Source: an uncultured Dehalococcoidia bacterium (lineage in GTDB: Bacteria; Chloroflexota; Dehalococcoidia; Lucifugimonadales; UBA1127). From it: a stretch of 64,000 nt of DNA. The notes under the pieces are model-generated. The model saw nothing but the letters and a program-made list of their open reading frames with translations, had not been told where the DNA came from and did no database searches. Shown one piece after another: positions 18,948 through 27,894 of this stretch; position 1 is the stretch's first letter; the number at the start of each line of letters is the position of its first letter. The stretch spans positions 202,542-266,541 of the forward strand of contig CAZVDP010000015.1 in assembly GCA_964625945.1 (NCBI GenBank), in the 5' to 3' direction. The position numbers were made by a program, and so were the translations under genes.

Positions 18948-20792
18948 GTGTCGAAATCAATCCCGCTAAAACCGTTCCTGATCATCGTAGCGCTTCTTTT
19001 TCTGATCACGTTAGCTTGTGATACTACCAACCCCCCAGTTGAATCAGAGCCAATATCGGTTGCATCTCCCTCTAGCGTAACAACAGCTGCTGCTCAAGCA
19101 GCTCCTAAACCGACACCAATATCGAAAGCTCCTCCCCTTAACACAAGAACTGATGATGCCCAAGCAACTGCTAAGCCGACACCAATATCGAAGGCTGCTC
19201 CCTCTAAAACAACAACTGATACCGCTCGACTACCCCAAACCGGAGGGATTCTAAAACGCACCCATCCCACCGATCCCGCAGGCTTCGACCCAGTACAAGA
19301 TAGTTCTATCAACACCGTCTTCCTGATTGCTCCCATCTACTCTCAACTCCTCCGATTTAGCACCAGTGAAGACGACAATCCTGGTAGTAACCACCTGGTC
19401 CCTGAATTAGCCAAAGAATGGAAACTAGACCAAGGAGGAAAACGACTACAATTCCTCCTGCGGGATGATGTTCTCTGGCATGATGCTGAACCGCTCGACT
19501 CCGAAGACATCTTGACCCACTTCAACCGAGTCATCTCGCCCCCGAAGGGACTATTCAGTAGTGAAAAATCCCCGTTCCTACACGTTTCGAGCATCTCGAC
19601 GCCTGACCCGCATACTGTGGTTTTTGACACAGAGTTCGCAACCTCAAGTTTCCTTGAAAGCTTCGGTGCTGGCCACTACATGATTGTCGCTAAGCATGTC
19701 ATGGAGAGAGAAACCCAGGAAGATCCGAGAGGGCTGCGAAAGAACGCGGAAGCCCTCATCGGCACGGGTCCATTTGTTTTCGATAGTTACGAGCCGGGAG
19801 TCGCCTTCAGAGTACGTCGAAACCCCCACTATTGGGATGCAGGGAAACCTTACTTAGATGGCATCGACTTTCTGGTTATCCGGGACCCGGCGATGCGTTT
19901 TGCTGCTCTGGTGGCCGGTCAAGTCCATATGTCAGCCCACGGTAGTCCAAGCCTAACGGCGACGCAAGCGGCAGAAATTCGTCAAAAGCATTCAGATAAC
20001 ATCACGTTAGAACGCGTCAGAGGCCCATTCTGGTTAGGTGCCCTTTTCAATTCCACTCGTGAGCCATTCAACAATCGACTTGTTCGCCAAGCTCTGAATC
20101 TTGCAGTGGACCGCCAAGCCTATCTAAACACAGTGACGGGCGGCGAAGATGGGATCGGCATTCTTGGCGGATTCACTCCCCCAGGAACCGAGTTCGCACT
20201 TAGAGACGAGATCCTTACAACCCTAGACGGATATCGCCAACCCAAACAAAACGATATGGTCAAAGCACGCGATCTTCTTAACCAAGCGGGATTTCCAGAC
20301 GGCTTACAGACGTCAATCACGGTCCGCGGAGATGTTCCTCTCTGGGTAGATGCTGCTCTATTCTTCCAATCCCAATGGAAAGACCTCGGCGTCGATGTGC
20401 AGATAGACACGGTAGAATTCGGTTCAAGTATCCAGCGCATGCTAAAAGGGGATTTTGACATCCGGCTCGGAGGTATCGCCTCCAACCTAACTAACCCGGA
20501 CAGGGTGTTGTATGCGTCATTCCATAGTCAAGGACCGAATGGTCTGTATTATCCGGAAGACACCGAATTGGACGCCTTACTGGAAGGGCAACGCAGGGAG
20601 ACGAATCCAGAACGCCGTGCGGACCTTTCAAATCAAGCAGAGACCCGGCTAATCGAGAAAATCGTCCCAGGCGTAGTAGGTCACTACAGCATGTACTACT
20701 ATGGATCAAGAAAAGAAGTCTCTGGATGGCGAGCTCGGGACTATATGCTGTACAACCAATATCGTATGGACAATGTCTGGTTAACCCGCTAG
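18948..20792 (+). CDS. ABC transporter substrate-binding protein, family 5 (peptide/nickel type)
   Basis: GTG start 9 nt after GGAGG (18934-18938). Signal peptide with a lipobox-like TLAC, a low-complexity linker, then a body of about 500 aa resembling DppA/OppA-type SBPs (from memory). Confidence 0.8.
   Translation: MSKSIPLKPFLIIVALLFLITLACDTTNPPVESEPISVASPSSVTTAAAQAAPKPTPISKAPPLNTRTDDAQATAKPTPISKAAPSKTTTDTARLPQTGGILKRTHPTDPAGFDPVQDSSINTVFLIAPIYSQLLRFSTSEDDNPGSNHLVPELAKEWKLDQGGKRLQFLLRDDVLWHDAEPLDSEDILTHFNRVISPPKGLFSSEKSPFLHVSSISTPDPHTVVFDTEFATSSFLESFGAGHYMIVAKHVMERETQEDPRGLRKNAEALIGTGPFVFDSYEPGVAFRVRRNPHYWDAGKPYLDGIDFLVIRDPAMRFAALVAGQVHMSAHGSPSLTATQAAEIRQKHSDNITLERVRGPFWLGALFNSTREPFNNRLVRQALNLAVDRQAYLNTVTGGEDGIGILGGFTPPGTEFALRDEILTTLDGYRQPKQNDMVKARDLLNQAGFPDGLQTSITVRGDVPLWVDAALFFQSQWKDLGVDVQIDTVEFGSSIQRMLKGDFDIRLGGIASNLTNPDRVLYASFHSQGPNGLYYPEDTELDALLEGQRRETNPERRADLSNQAETRLIEKIVPGVVGHYSMYYYGSRKEVSGWRARDYMLYNQYRMDNVWLTR
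19092..19223 (+). repeat. Tandem 66-bp (22-aa) duplication in the SBP linker
   Basis: Unit 1 (19092-19157) encodes AQAAPKPTPISKAPPLNTRTDD. Unit 2 (19158-19223) encodes AQATAKPTPISKAAPSKTTTDT. The core CCGACACCAATATCGAA is identical at 19110 and 19176. Confidence 0.9.
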
Positions 20793-20827
20793 CAATCCTG
20801 ACTAAATTGGCAGGATCAGGCCTAAGG

Positions 20828-21970
20828 TCATTCGTAGCTTGTCAGCATAATGGGCTCTTTCACGCCAAACCCAGTCAGAGGAATAAGCACTCGGTCTCCT
20901 TTTGAAACGACCCCCCGCCTGAGTAGCTCCTCAAGCCCCGCAAGGACTAGAGCTGATGTCGGTTCAATCAAGATTCCTTCTCGCAAGGCGATTTCGTGTT
21001 GCCAAGCGAGCGTCGATGAGTCTGGGACTGAAACTGGAACCCCTTCGGCTTCCCTGCAAATCTCAACGAGGCGCGCAAGCCGGGGAGGAGAAGCAATTGA
21101 CACTCCTATTGCCATCGTTTGCGCATCAGGCTCGGGGCTCCATGAATCTCCATTGTAAGCAGATTCAATTGCTTGAAAGGCTGTAGACTGGACAGGATGC
21201 ATCCGAGGCAACCGCGAAATGTATCCTGCTGCAAGCATCTCGTTGAAACCTCGCCAAAGCGCTAGTAACAGCGATCCATTCCCTGAAGGCAGAATTACAT
21301 GATCAGGCATATCAATCATGTCTTCGGCAATTTCATATGCCACAGTCTTCTGCCCTTCAACGAAATAGACATTTTTCCCATAGTCAAAAAATAGAACGTT
21401 ATTGACTTTAGCGAACTTGCGTGCCGCTTCTCGACGTGCGGTCCGGTCTCCTTGCACCCAGTGCAGTTCCGTCCCATGGTAAGCAATAGCCCGCATCTTA
21501 ATATCATTTAGGTCATGTTCAGCAAAACCGATATACCTTATTCCCGCTTTAGCGCAGTACGCGGCCGTCGAGTGTCCTGCATTACCAACCGCGCTGTCGA
21601 CGATTGCGTCAACCCCGTTCTCTAACAAGACACTGACCTGAACAGCGTTTCCACGATCCTTGAAGGAGCCGGTCGGGTTCAAGTATTCTAACTTCGCGAA
21701 TAGTTCTATATCCAATCGATCTCCTAATCGATGGAGTGGGATCAGTGGAGTACCACCCTCACCCAACGTTATGAGCTTTGCCGAAGACCTAATTGGAAGC
21801 CTGTATGAGAATCGAGCTAACCGAGAAGCACTGTTCGACGAAGGCTGGTTAAATGAGAATTCCTTCGCGTACTCTACCTCTAACAAACCGTGGCATGCAT
21901 CACACACCAGACGATAGCCTAATCCGTCATATTGTTCCCCGCAATCAAGGCAGAATAATCGAAACTCCAA
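20828..21970 (-). CDS. Threonine synthase-like PLP enzyme with N-terminal zinc ribbon (second paralogue)
   Basis: TTG start 5 nt after AAGGAGG on the minus strand. CLDCG...CDAC zinc ribbon, and PLP-lysine motif NPTGSFKDRG. Encoded antisense, between the SBP and the permease genes. Confidence 0.75.
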   Translation of the reverse strand: MEFRLFCLDCGEQYDGLGYRLVCDACHGLLEVEYAKEFSFNQPSSNSASRLARFSYRLPIRSSAKLITLGEGGTPLIPLHRLGDRLDIELFAKLEYLNPTGSFKDRGNAVQVSVLLENGVDAIVDSAVGNAGHSTAAYCAKAGIRYIGFAEHDLNDIKMRAIAYHGTELHWVQGDRTARREAARKFAKVNNVLFFDYGKNVYFVEGQKTVAYEIAEDMIDMPDHVILPSGNGSLLLALWRGFNEMLAAGYISRLPRMHPVQSTAFQAIESAYNGDSWSPEPDAQTMAIGVSIASPPRLARLVEICREAEGVPVSVPDSSTLAWQHEIALREGILIEPTSALVLAGLEELLRRGVVSKGDRVLIPLTGFGVKEPIMLTSYE

Positions 21971-22100
21971 GGCGTCCTCCTTCTATGTCCAGAACTTCGA
22001 CAATGCGCTCACCTGTGGAAACTGAGTCTAAACGATCGCCCAAATTTTCGGAGACAACGCTCGCAAACGCAAACCTCAATCATCCGAATGGGAGTGTTTA

Positions 22101-23078
22101 GTGCTTCAGGTCTACATTATCCGACGGCTTGCCCAATTACCACCCACCCTAGTAGTAATCTCCATCGTCGTGTTTATCGCGGTACGGATGTTGCCTGGCG
22201 ACACAGCTCTCTTACTGTCACTTAACCACCAAACAGGCCAAGAGGCCACTAGCATAGCACAGGCCGAGATCGACGAATTACGATCCTCGCTAGGCTTAAA
22301 CGATCCATGGCACATTCAATATGTTCGATGGTCACGCGATATGCTAACTCTAGACCTCGGGCGTTCCCCAATCTCAGGGCGAGATATCCTATCGGAGATT
22401 CTCCGAAAAGCACCAGTGACTCTCGAGCTGGCGAGTTTCGCAACGTTGTTCGCACTCGTGACGGGATTGCCAGCAGGCATCGTGTCAGCTGTAAAACGCG
22501 ATACTCGGACCGACTACCTCATCAGGATTGTCAGCCTAGCCGGTGTCGCTCTCCCACACTTCTGGCTTGGTACAATCATAATCCTTGTCGGACTGATCCT
22601 TTTCACGTGGGCACCTCCGATAGAGTACATGGACTTCACTCGGTCCCCTATCGACCATCTCACTCAATTGTCCATCCCCGCGGTCATATTAGGATATTCT
22701 GCAGGAGCGATTGTAGCGCGTGTGACCCGTTCTTCTCTCCTTGAAGTCCTTGGGGAAGACTACATCCGTACAGCACACGCAAAAGGCCTTAAAACTAGCA
22801 CAATCCTACACCGCCATGCGCTCCGGAATGCTCTTCTCCCCGTGGTCACGATCACAGGTCTGGTTTTCACAGGATTGATCAGCGGATCGATAATTATGGA
22901 ACAACTGTTCGGACTCCCAGGGCTCGGCCTCTATCTGCTCGACGGGATTCGTTTACGGGATTACGGTGTCATTCAAGCACTTGTACTCTTGTTCTCTATA
23001 TCCATCATGTTAATCAATCTTGTCGTCGACATATCTTACGTCTTGATCGATCCGAGAATCAGTAGAACACTCAAATAG
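22101..23078 (+). CDS. ABC transporter permease (DppB/OppB-like)
   Basis: 325 aa, 6 TM helices, conserved cytoplasmic loop YIRTAHAKGL...LRNALLP. Confidence 0.88.
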   Translation: MLQVYIIRRLAQLPPTLVVISIVVFIAVRMLPGDTALLLSLNHQTGQEATSIAQAEIDELRSSLGLNDPWHIQYVRWSRDMLTLDLGRSPISGRDILSEILRKAPVTLELASFATLFALVTGLPAGIVSAVKRDTRTDYLIRIVSLAGVALPHFWLGTIIILVGLILFTWAPPIEYMDFTRSPIDHLTQLSIPAVILGYSAGAIVARVTRSSLLEVLGEDYIRTAHAKGLKTSTILHRHALRNALLPVVTITGLVFTGLISGSIIMEQLFGLPGLGLYLLDGIRLRDYGVIQALVLLFSISIMLINLVVDISYVLIDPRISRTLK

Positions 23079-23102
23079 TAACCTAGGAGGCTATTACCTC
23101 TC

Positions 23103-23975
23103 TTGATCCGAAAAACGCATCTCAATATTAGCAATATTAAGGGGATAATACTTAAGAGGCCCTTGGGAGTGATCGGCGGGATTCTAATTGCAGGGATGGC
23201 ACTGTTCAGTGTCTCTGCGCCCCTCCTGACACCCTACGACCCGTTGAAGATCGACCCGACCCAACCGCTCTCACCTCCCGGCTTATCACACCCACTAGGC
23301 ACCGATCAACTCGGCCGAGACATCCTAAGCCGAACGGCGTATGGCGGGAGGATATCTCTTGGCATCGGAAGCATGGTAGTCATACTCGGAGCTTCGATAG
23401 GCGGGATCATAGGTTTGCTTAGCGCATATAGCGGGGGCATAGTAGATACGATACTTCAACGCATCGTAGATTCCTTGCTAGCCTTTCCGACATTACTCCT
23501 CGCACTCGTACTTATCGTCGCTTGGGAACCTTCAGTCACTTCGTTGGTCTTAGCAATAGGGGTCACGCAAGCGCCATGGGTGGCTCGCATGGTACGATCA
23601 GCGGCACTGACCGTAATGCTCACAGACTACGTGCAAGCAGCAGTCGCACTTGGATGCAGTCCCTCCAGAGTGGTAGTCTTCCATATCTTGCCACAATGCG
23701 TCGCGCCGTTCCTCGTAGTTTCGACCGCTGGGCTCGGTGTGGCCATTGTTCTCGAAGCGTCCCTTAGCTTTCTTGGCCTTGGAGTGCAACCACCCACACC
23801 AAGCTGGGGGGGAATGCTATCTGGATCCGCTCGAGACTACGCTCGGGCAGCCCCATGGATGGTTTTAACTCCCGGCGTAGCTCTGTCTTTGACAGTCTAC
23901 GGCGTCAACCTCTTAGGAGACACATTGCGTGACATGATGGACCCTCGGATTCGGAACTTCCATCATTCACCTTAA
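23103..23975 (+). CDS. ABC transporter permease (DppC/OppC-like)
   Basis: 290 aa, N-terminal anchor helix, loop DYVQAAVALGCSPSRVVVFHILPQC. Follows the DppB-like gene after a 24-nt gap. Confidence 0.88.
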   Translation: MIRKTHLNISNIKGIILKRPLGVIGGILIAGMALFSVSAPLLTPYDPLKIDPTQPLSPPGLSHPLGTDQLGRDILSRTAYGGRISLGIGSMVVILGASIGGIIGLLSAYSGGIVDTILQRIVDSLLAFPTLLLALVLIVAWEPSVTSLVLAIGVTQAPWVARMVRSAALTVMLTDYVQAAVALGCSPSRVVVFHILPQCVAPFLVVSTAGLGVAIVLEASLSFLGLGVQPPTPSWGGMLSGSARDYARAAPWMVLTPGVALSLTVYGVNLLGDTLRDMMDPRIRNFHHSP

Positions 23976-24003
23976 CTAGTAAAGCCACCTGATATTAGAG
24001 GGA

Positions 24004-24444
24004 TCAGGCGTCATCCTGAGGCGTTAAGTCCAAGTCAGGCGGGGCCTGTTCTGGTAGTTTCCAGACAATCATTCCCTTTTTGTTGGATTTATGATAATCA
24101 TTCGCATTCCGAACACCTTGATGGTACGCGACCTCAAACTTTTCCCAATCTTTCGATTCGATAGCTGACTTAAGTGCCTTCCCATCGTTATTGATAAATG
24201 TCTCAAGATCTTCCGTGTATTTCGGCCGGGTAATCATGCCGAATTCCATCAACTCTTCAATTTCGCCCCACTGGAATTTTGCGAGTGGCCAGTTCCCAGC
24301 TTGCGCCGCATAGTAAAGCTTCCAGTAACGCTGACCTACTTCAGGCATAACCCGGGCGAGCCCGGGCTGCATGGCAGCGAGGTCGTCTATACTAAAATGA
24401 GCATGACCACTAAACCCAGAAGGCTTGGCAGTGTCATCAACCAT
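24004..24444 (-). CDS. Hypothetical soluble protein (146 aa), no family recognised
   Basis: ATG 24444 is preceded by GGGGAGG with a 5-nt spacer on the minus strand. The tracked longer start (24522) lacks this. The sequence (GHAHFSIDDLAAMQPGLARVMPEVGQRYWKLYYAAQAGNWPLAKFQWGEIEEL...) has no TM helix and no motif I can name. Confidence 0.5.
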   Translation of the reverse strand: MVDDTAKPSGFSGHAHFSIDDLAAMQPGLARVMPEVGQRYWKLYYAAQAGNWPLAKFQWGEIEELMEFGMITRPKYTEDLETFINNDGKALKSAIESKDWEKFEVAYHQGVRNANDYHKSNKKGMIVWKLPEQAPPDLDLTPQDDA

Positions 24445-24600
24445 AGTGTCCTCCCCGAACGTAATGGTGGCGAACAGTAGCGTCGCCGAATATTCACGAT
24501 ACCTTTGACAAGCGCATATCATAACTGTTCTACTCTGTTGTGTCTAGAAATCACACCCTTCGAGAATCAGAGGTCGCGTAGTCTAAAAGTGCCCTTGAGA

Positions 24601-25878
24601 ATGTCTGCCTCGTCAAAACCCAGAAATAGCATTTATTTCGGCTGGTGGATAGTATTAGCCGGAAGCCTTCTCTCAGCCCTAAACGGGATGCTGTTTATGA
24701 ACAGCTCCGGAGCATATTTCGTCCTGCTCAAGAACCAATTCCAATGGAGTGGGACAGTATTGTCTGGAGCGTTCTCTCTTTCACGCGTCGAAAGCGGGAT
24801 CTTGGGGCCGCTTCAAGGGTGGCTGATTGTCAAAGCAGGGCCTCGCGCGGTGGCAAGGCTGGGGATTCTCCTTTTTGGATCAGGGTTTATTTTCCTTAGT
24901 ACCGTAAACTCCGTGACAGCGTTTTACCTAGCTTTCGCCCTCATGGCGCTGGGATCAGGACTGGGGGGATTCCTAACGCTAGTTACGACCCTTGTTAACT
25001 GGTTCGAGGAGCGGAGGGCCTTAGCTATCGGGCTAGCAACCGCTGGAATGGGGGTGGGAGGTCTGGCAACACCGATCGTCGCTTGGTCACTTACCACATT
25101 CGGATGGCAAGATACTTCTTTCTGGTCCGGGGTAGTAATGTTACTCATCGGACTCCCCTTAACACAATTCTACCGACGCTCTCCGGAAGAGTATATCCAC
25201 CAATCAGAGCCAGAGATAAATTCGAACGGAATCGCTCAAACAGAGGCCGTTTCCACAAAGCTCATGGCGTTTACGACTAGGCAAGCCTTGCGCACGCAAG
25301 CATTCTGGCTCATTTCTCTAGGACACGCGGCAGCCCTAACCGTTGTATCGGCCATCACAGTGCACCTCGTACCACACCTCGTACAAGAACTCGACTTCAC
25401 CGTTAAAGAAGCAACGATCGTCATAGCAGTCATGAACATAGTAATGATCGGGAGCCAGGTTGTCGGTGGCCTTCTAGGCGATCGCTTTAATAAGCTCGTT
25501 ATAGCCGCAGCCTGCATGGGACTCCATAGCGCGGCTCTATTGCTATTGGCGCATACTACGACTGGCTGGATTGCCTATTTGGCAGCATCGATCCACGGGA
25601 TGGCGTGGGGAGTAAGGGGGCCGCAGATGACAGCGATACGAGCAGACTTCTTTGGGCGTGCCTCTTTCGGCACAATAATGGGATTCTCTAATGTAATCAT
25701 CATGATGGGAATGGTGTCCGGTCCTCTCTTGTCAGGTATCATTGAAGATACCCTAGGAAGCTACAATATGGCATTCAATGTCCTCGCCGTCCTAACAGCC
25801 GCTGGCGGAGCGTTATTCCTAATGACCCGTCGCCCACGCGCCCCCTACGAAGGAAGCTACTCAACAGAGACCCAGTAA
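24601..25878 (+). CDS. MFS transporter
   Basis: About 12 hydrophobic helices. ATG 24601 (MSASSKPRNS) is preferred over the tracked 24505 start, which overlaps the divergent gene. Confidence 0.8.
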   Translation: MSASSKPRNSIYFGWWIVLAGSLLSALNGMLFMNSSGAYFVLLKNQFQWSGTVLSGAFSLSRVESGILGPLQGWLIVKAGPRAVARLGILLFGSGFIFLSTVNSVTAFYLAFALMALGSGLGGFLTLVTTLVNWFEERRALAIGLATAGMGVGGLATPIVAWSLTTFGWQDTSFWSGVVMLLIGLPLTQFYRRSPEEYIHQSEPEINSNGIAQTEAVSTKLMAFTTRQALRTQAFWLISLGHAAALTVVSAITVHLVPHLVQELDFTVKEATIVIAVMNIVMIGSQVVGGLLGDRFNKLVIAAACMGLHSAALLLLAHTTTGWIAYLAASIHGMAWGVRGPQMTAIRADFFGRASFGTIMGFSNVIIMMGMVSGPLLSGIIEDTLGSYNMAFNVLAVLTAAGGALFLMTRRPRAPYEGSYSTETQ

Positions 25879-25918
25879 ACAGTAAGCTTAAAAAGACCAA
25901 GCCCACACCCAAAAAGGC

Positions 25919-27889
25919 TCAAGAATCCAACGCAACATACCCTTGCTGTTCGAGGCCACGAAAGAGCGTCAATACATGTTTGGGATCTAGATCGAACCCG
26001 AACTCGGCTCCAATAGCGAACGCTATATCATTAACAGTCCGTTGACCGTTCGTGAAATTCCACACCTCATCACCGATGATGCGGAGGGAATCATAGTTCA
26101 TTTTAGGGTCCAACGACTGCATTTCCTCAGCCATATTCAAGAGAGTCCAATAATCGGTACCTGCTAGACCAGGGCTATCCCGCTCAACTAGCCGACGAGG
26201 AACAGTTCGCCCAACAGGATTGTCATCATCACGTTCAGATTCTGGAAGCCACCCCAAAACATTGTTAAGGCCCGAGAGGATTTCCTCTTGTACGTTCGTT
26301 ACTGTCGAAACCAACTTAGGATCCCCTTTCTTCTCCTCATCTGTAACTAGTTTTAAGGTGGTTGCGACGGCCTCCTGGTCGCGCCGAGCGATAATCTTAA
26401 GGCGACGACGTGCAATGCCAGGATTGGTGCCACGTCGCGCGTCCAAGGCAATTTGAGTGAGTCGAAATTGGCTGCGAGCACCTACCTCACGCATAATCTC
26501 CTGAGCCTCTTTGGGCCCCGCATTTGCCAGTTCAAGTGCTGCAAGCGCAGTGGTAACACCGCAACGCTTAAAAACGTCGGGGTCCAGATTATCAGCACTA
26601 AGTAAGTCGGAATGGAAATAGAGATCTGGCCAAGACATCAACAACGGCGAAGGGATCCCAAAAGCCGGGTAGTACTTATTATCGCTCCACGGCGTATAAG
26701 GAAGATCGGTGAAATTTACCAGCGGGATCACATTTTTCGTACTAAACACCCATCGAGTTTCCTTAGGCGTCGCGTCCATCAGCCCCACAAAGTAGTCGTT
26801 AATGAATGTGGGCACTGAGTCTGGTGAGTGGTAGAACAACAGGGCAGATTTCAGCTTTCGCTGATCGTGGCCAACGCTATCGAGTGCTATTGCTACAATA
26901 GTCTTATCCAGCCAGTCTCTATGGCTGTGAATATAATGTTTCGTTCCATGCCCCTCGACATTGATAAGAAATCGTATACTCCGACGCGGCCGAGGCACGT
27001 GACCTTCGTTAATTAAGGTCATAATCGTTCGCGCAATTTCTGACTGCAGACCTGGACCCGAAGCACAATTTGCCCCAGGCTTAGTCCCCGCGGTGGAATG
27101 GGAGACAAACAAAATTGACTCTTGCGCGAGGTCGGTCCCAGTCACTTCCCCATAAAGATTCTGAGCCTCACCTTTAAACGTGCTAGCTTCGATATTCGCC
27201 CATAGCTTCGCGTTACCGTCGCGTGCTAATGCTGCGATCTCCTCAGCAGCATGATAATTGACTGCAAACGCCCATGCGGTTGGTTGATTGTTGGGCATTC
27301 GCAACAGTTGGACAGGATCTGGCAGTGACTCACGGGTACGAAACGGTGCGGTTTGATATAAAAGATAGTCTGTAATTATCCCTACTACCCCGTGTTTCAT
27401 GGCAAGGTTAGCAGCATGGGCGAATCCGGATGGCCGAACCGTTCCCCTAATAAGAACCGCTTTTCCTTTGACATCTCGGCGTAAATAATCTTCATCTCGC
27501 TCGCCGGTACCCACGTCTATTACTTCGACAACAACCCCACCTTGGGGTGTGCTCGGTGTCCACCACGGAAGGCACGACGGGGAATCTTCGTAAGAAACGA
27601 GCAAGCGTCCGGTCGGAGAAGCCACACGTAGCTCACTGCTGATGGGCTCCCATGCGAGAGGCATTTTTTGACTGAGTAACTGGGTTTCCCCATCCAATGG
27701 GAATCGCTCCGTCCAGACCTTATCTAGACCGTTCGCCCGAAAAAGAGCAGCGATAAACTCTGTAGAGCGATGATAGCCTGACGCACCTGGCGATCGATAG
27801 TATCTAGTCATCTCGGTTGCAGCTTCCAAGGCGCGATCCCCAGAAAGTTCTTCATCCACTAGTGTTATAAGGGAGTTACGCTCCATCAT
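25919..27889 (-). CDS. M28-like (PA-domain) aminopeptidase homologue with C-terminal winged-helix-like tail; metal site appears altered
   Basis: The layout resembles M28/DUF4910-type proteins: a PA-like insert (GKAVLIRGT), SHSTAG...GANCASG, VEGHGTKHY, IALDSVG, YFHSDLLSADNLD, and a final segment of about 70 aa (NGQRTVNDIAFAIG...LFRGLEQQGYVAL). Assigned from memory. Confidence 0.5.
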   Translation of the reverse strand: MMERNSLITLVDEELSGDRALEAATEMTRYYRSPGASGYHRSTEFIAALFRANGLDKVWTERFPLDGETQLLSQKMPLAWEPISSELRVASPTGRLLVSYEDSPSCLPWWTPSTPQGGVVVEVIDVGTGERDEDYLRRDVKGKAVLIRGTVRPSGFAHAANLAMKHGVVGIITDYLLYQTAPFRTRESLPDPVQLLRMPNNQPTAWAFAVNYHAAEEIAALARDGNAKLWANIEASTFKGEAQNLYGEVTGTDLAQESILFVSHSTAGTKPGANCASGPGLQSEIARTIMTLINEGHVPRPRRSIRFLINVEGHGTKHYIHSHRDWLDKTIVAIALDSVGHDQRKLKSALLFYHSPDSVPTFINDYFVGLMDATPKETRWVFSTKNVIPLVNFTDLPYTPWSDNKYYPAFGIPSPLLMSWPDLYFHSDLLSADNLDPDVFKRCGVTTALAALELANAGPKEAQEIMREVGARSQFRLTQIALDARRGTNPGIARRRLKIIARRDQEAVATTLKLVTDEEKKGDPKLVSTVTNVQEEILSGLNNVLGWLPESERDDDNPVGRTVPRRLVERDSPGLAGTDYWTLLNMAEEMQSLDPKMNYDSLRIIGDEVWNFTNGQRTVNDIAFAIGAEFGFDLDPKHVLTLFRGLEQQGYVALDS

Positions 27890-27894
27890 TCCTC

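Noticed and set aside
20795-20816. ATCCTG...CAGGAT hairpin between the convergent SBP and ThrC-like genes as a bidirectional terminator
   Set aside because: The stem is only 6 bp with a 10-nt loop, and there are no flanking T/A tracts. Too weak to call.
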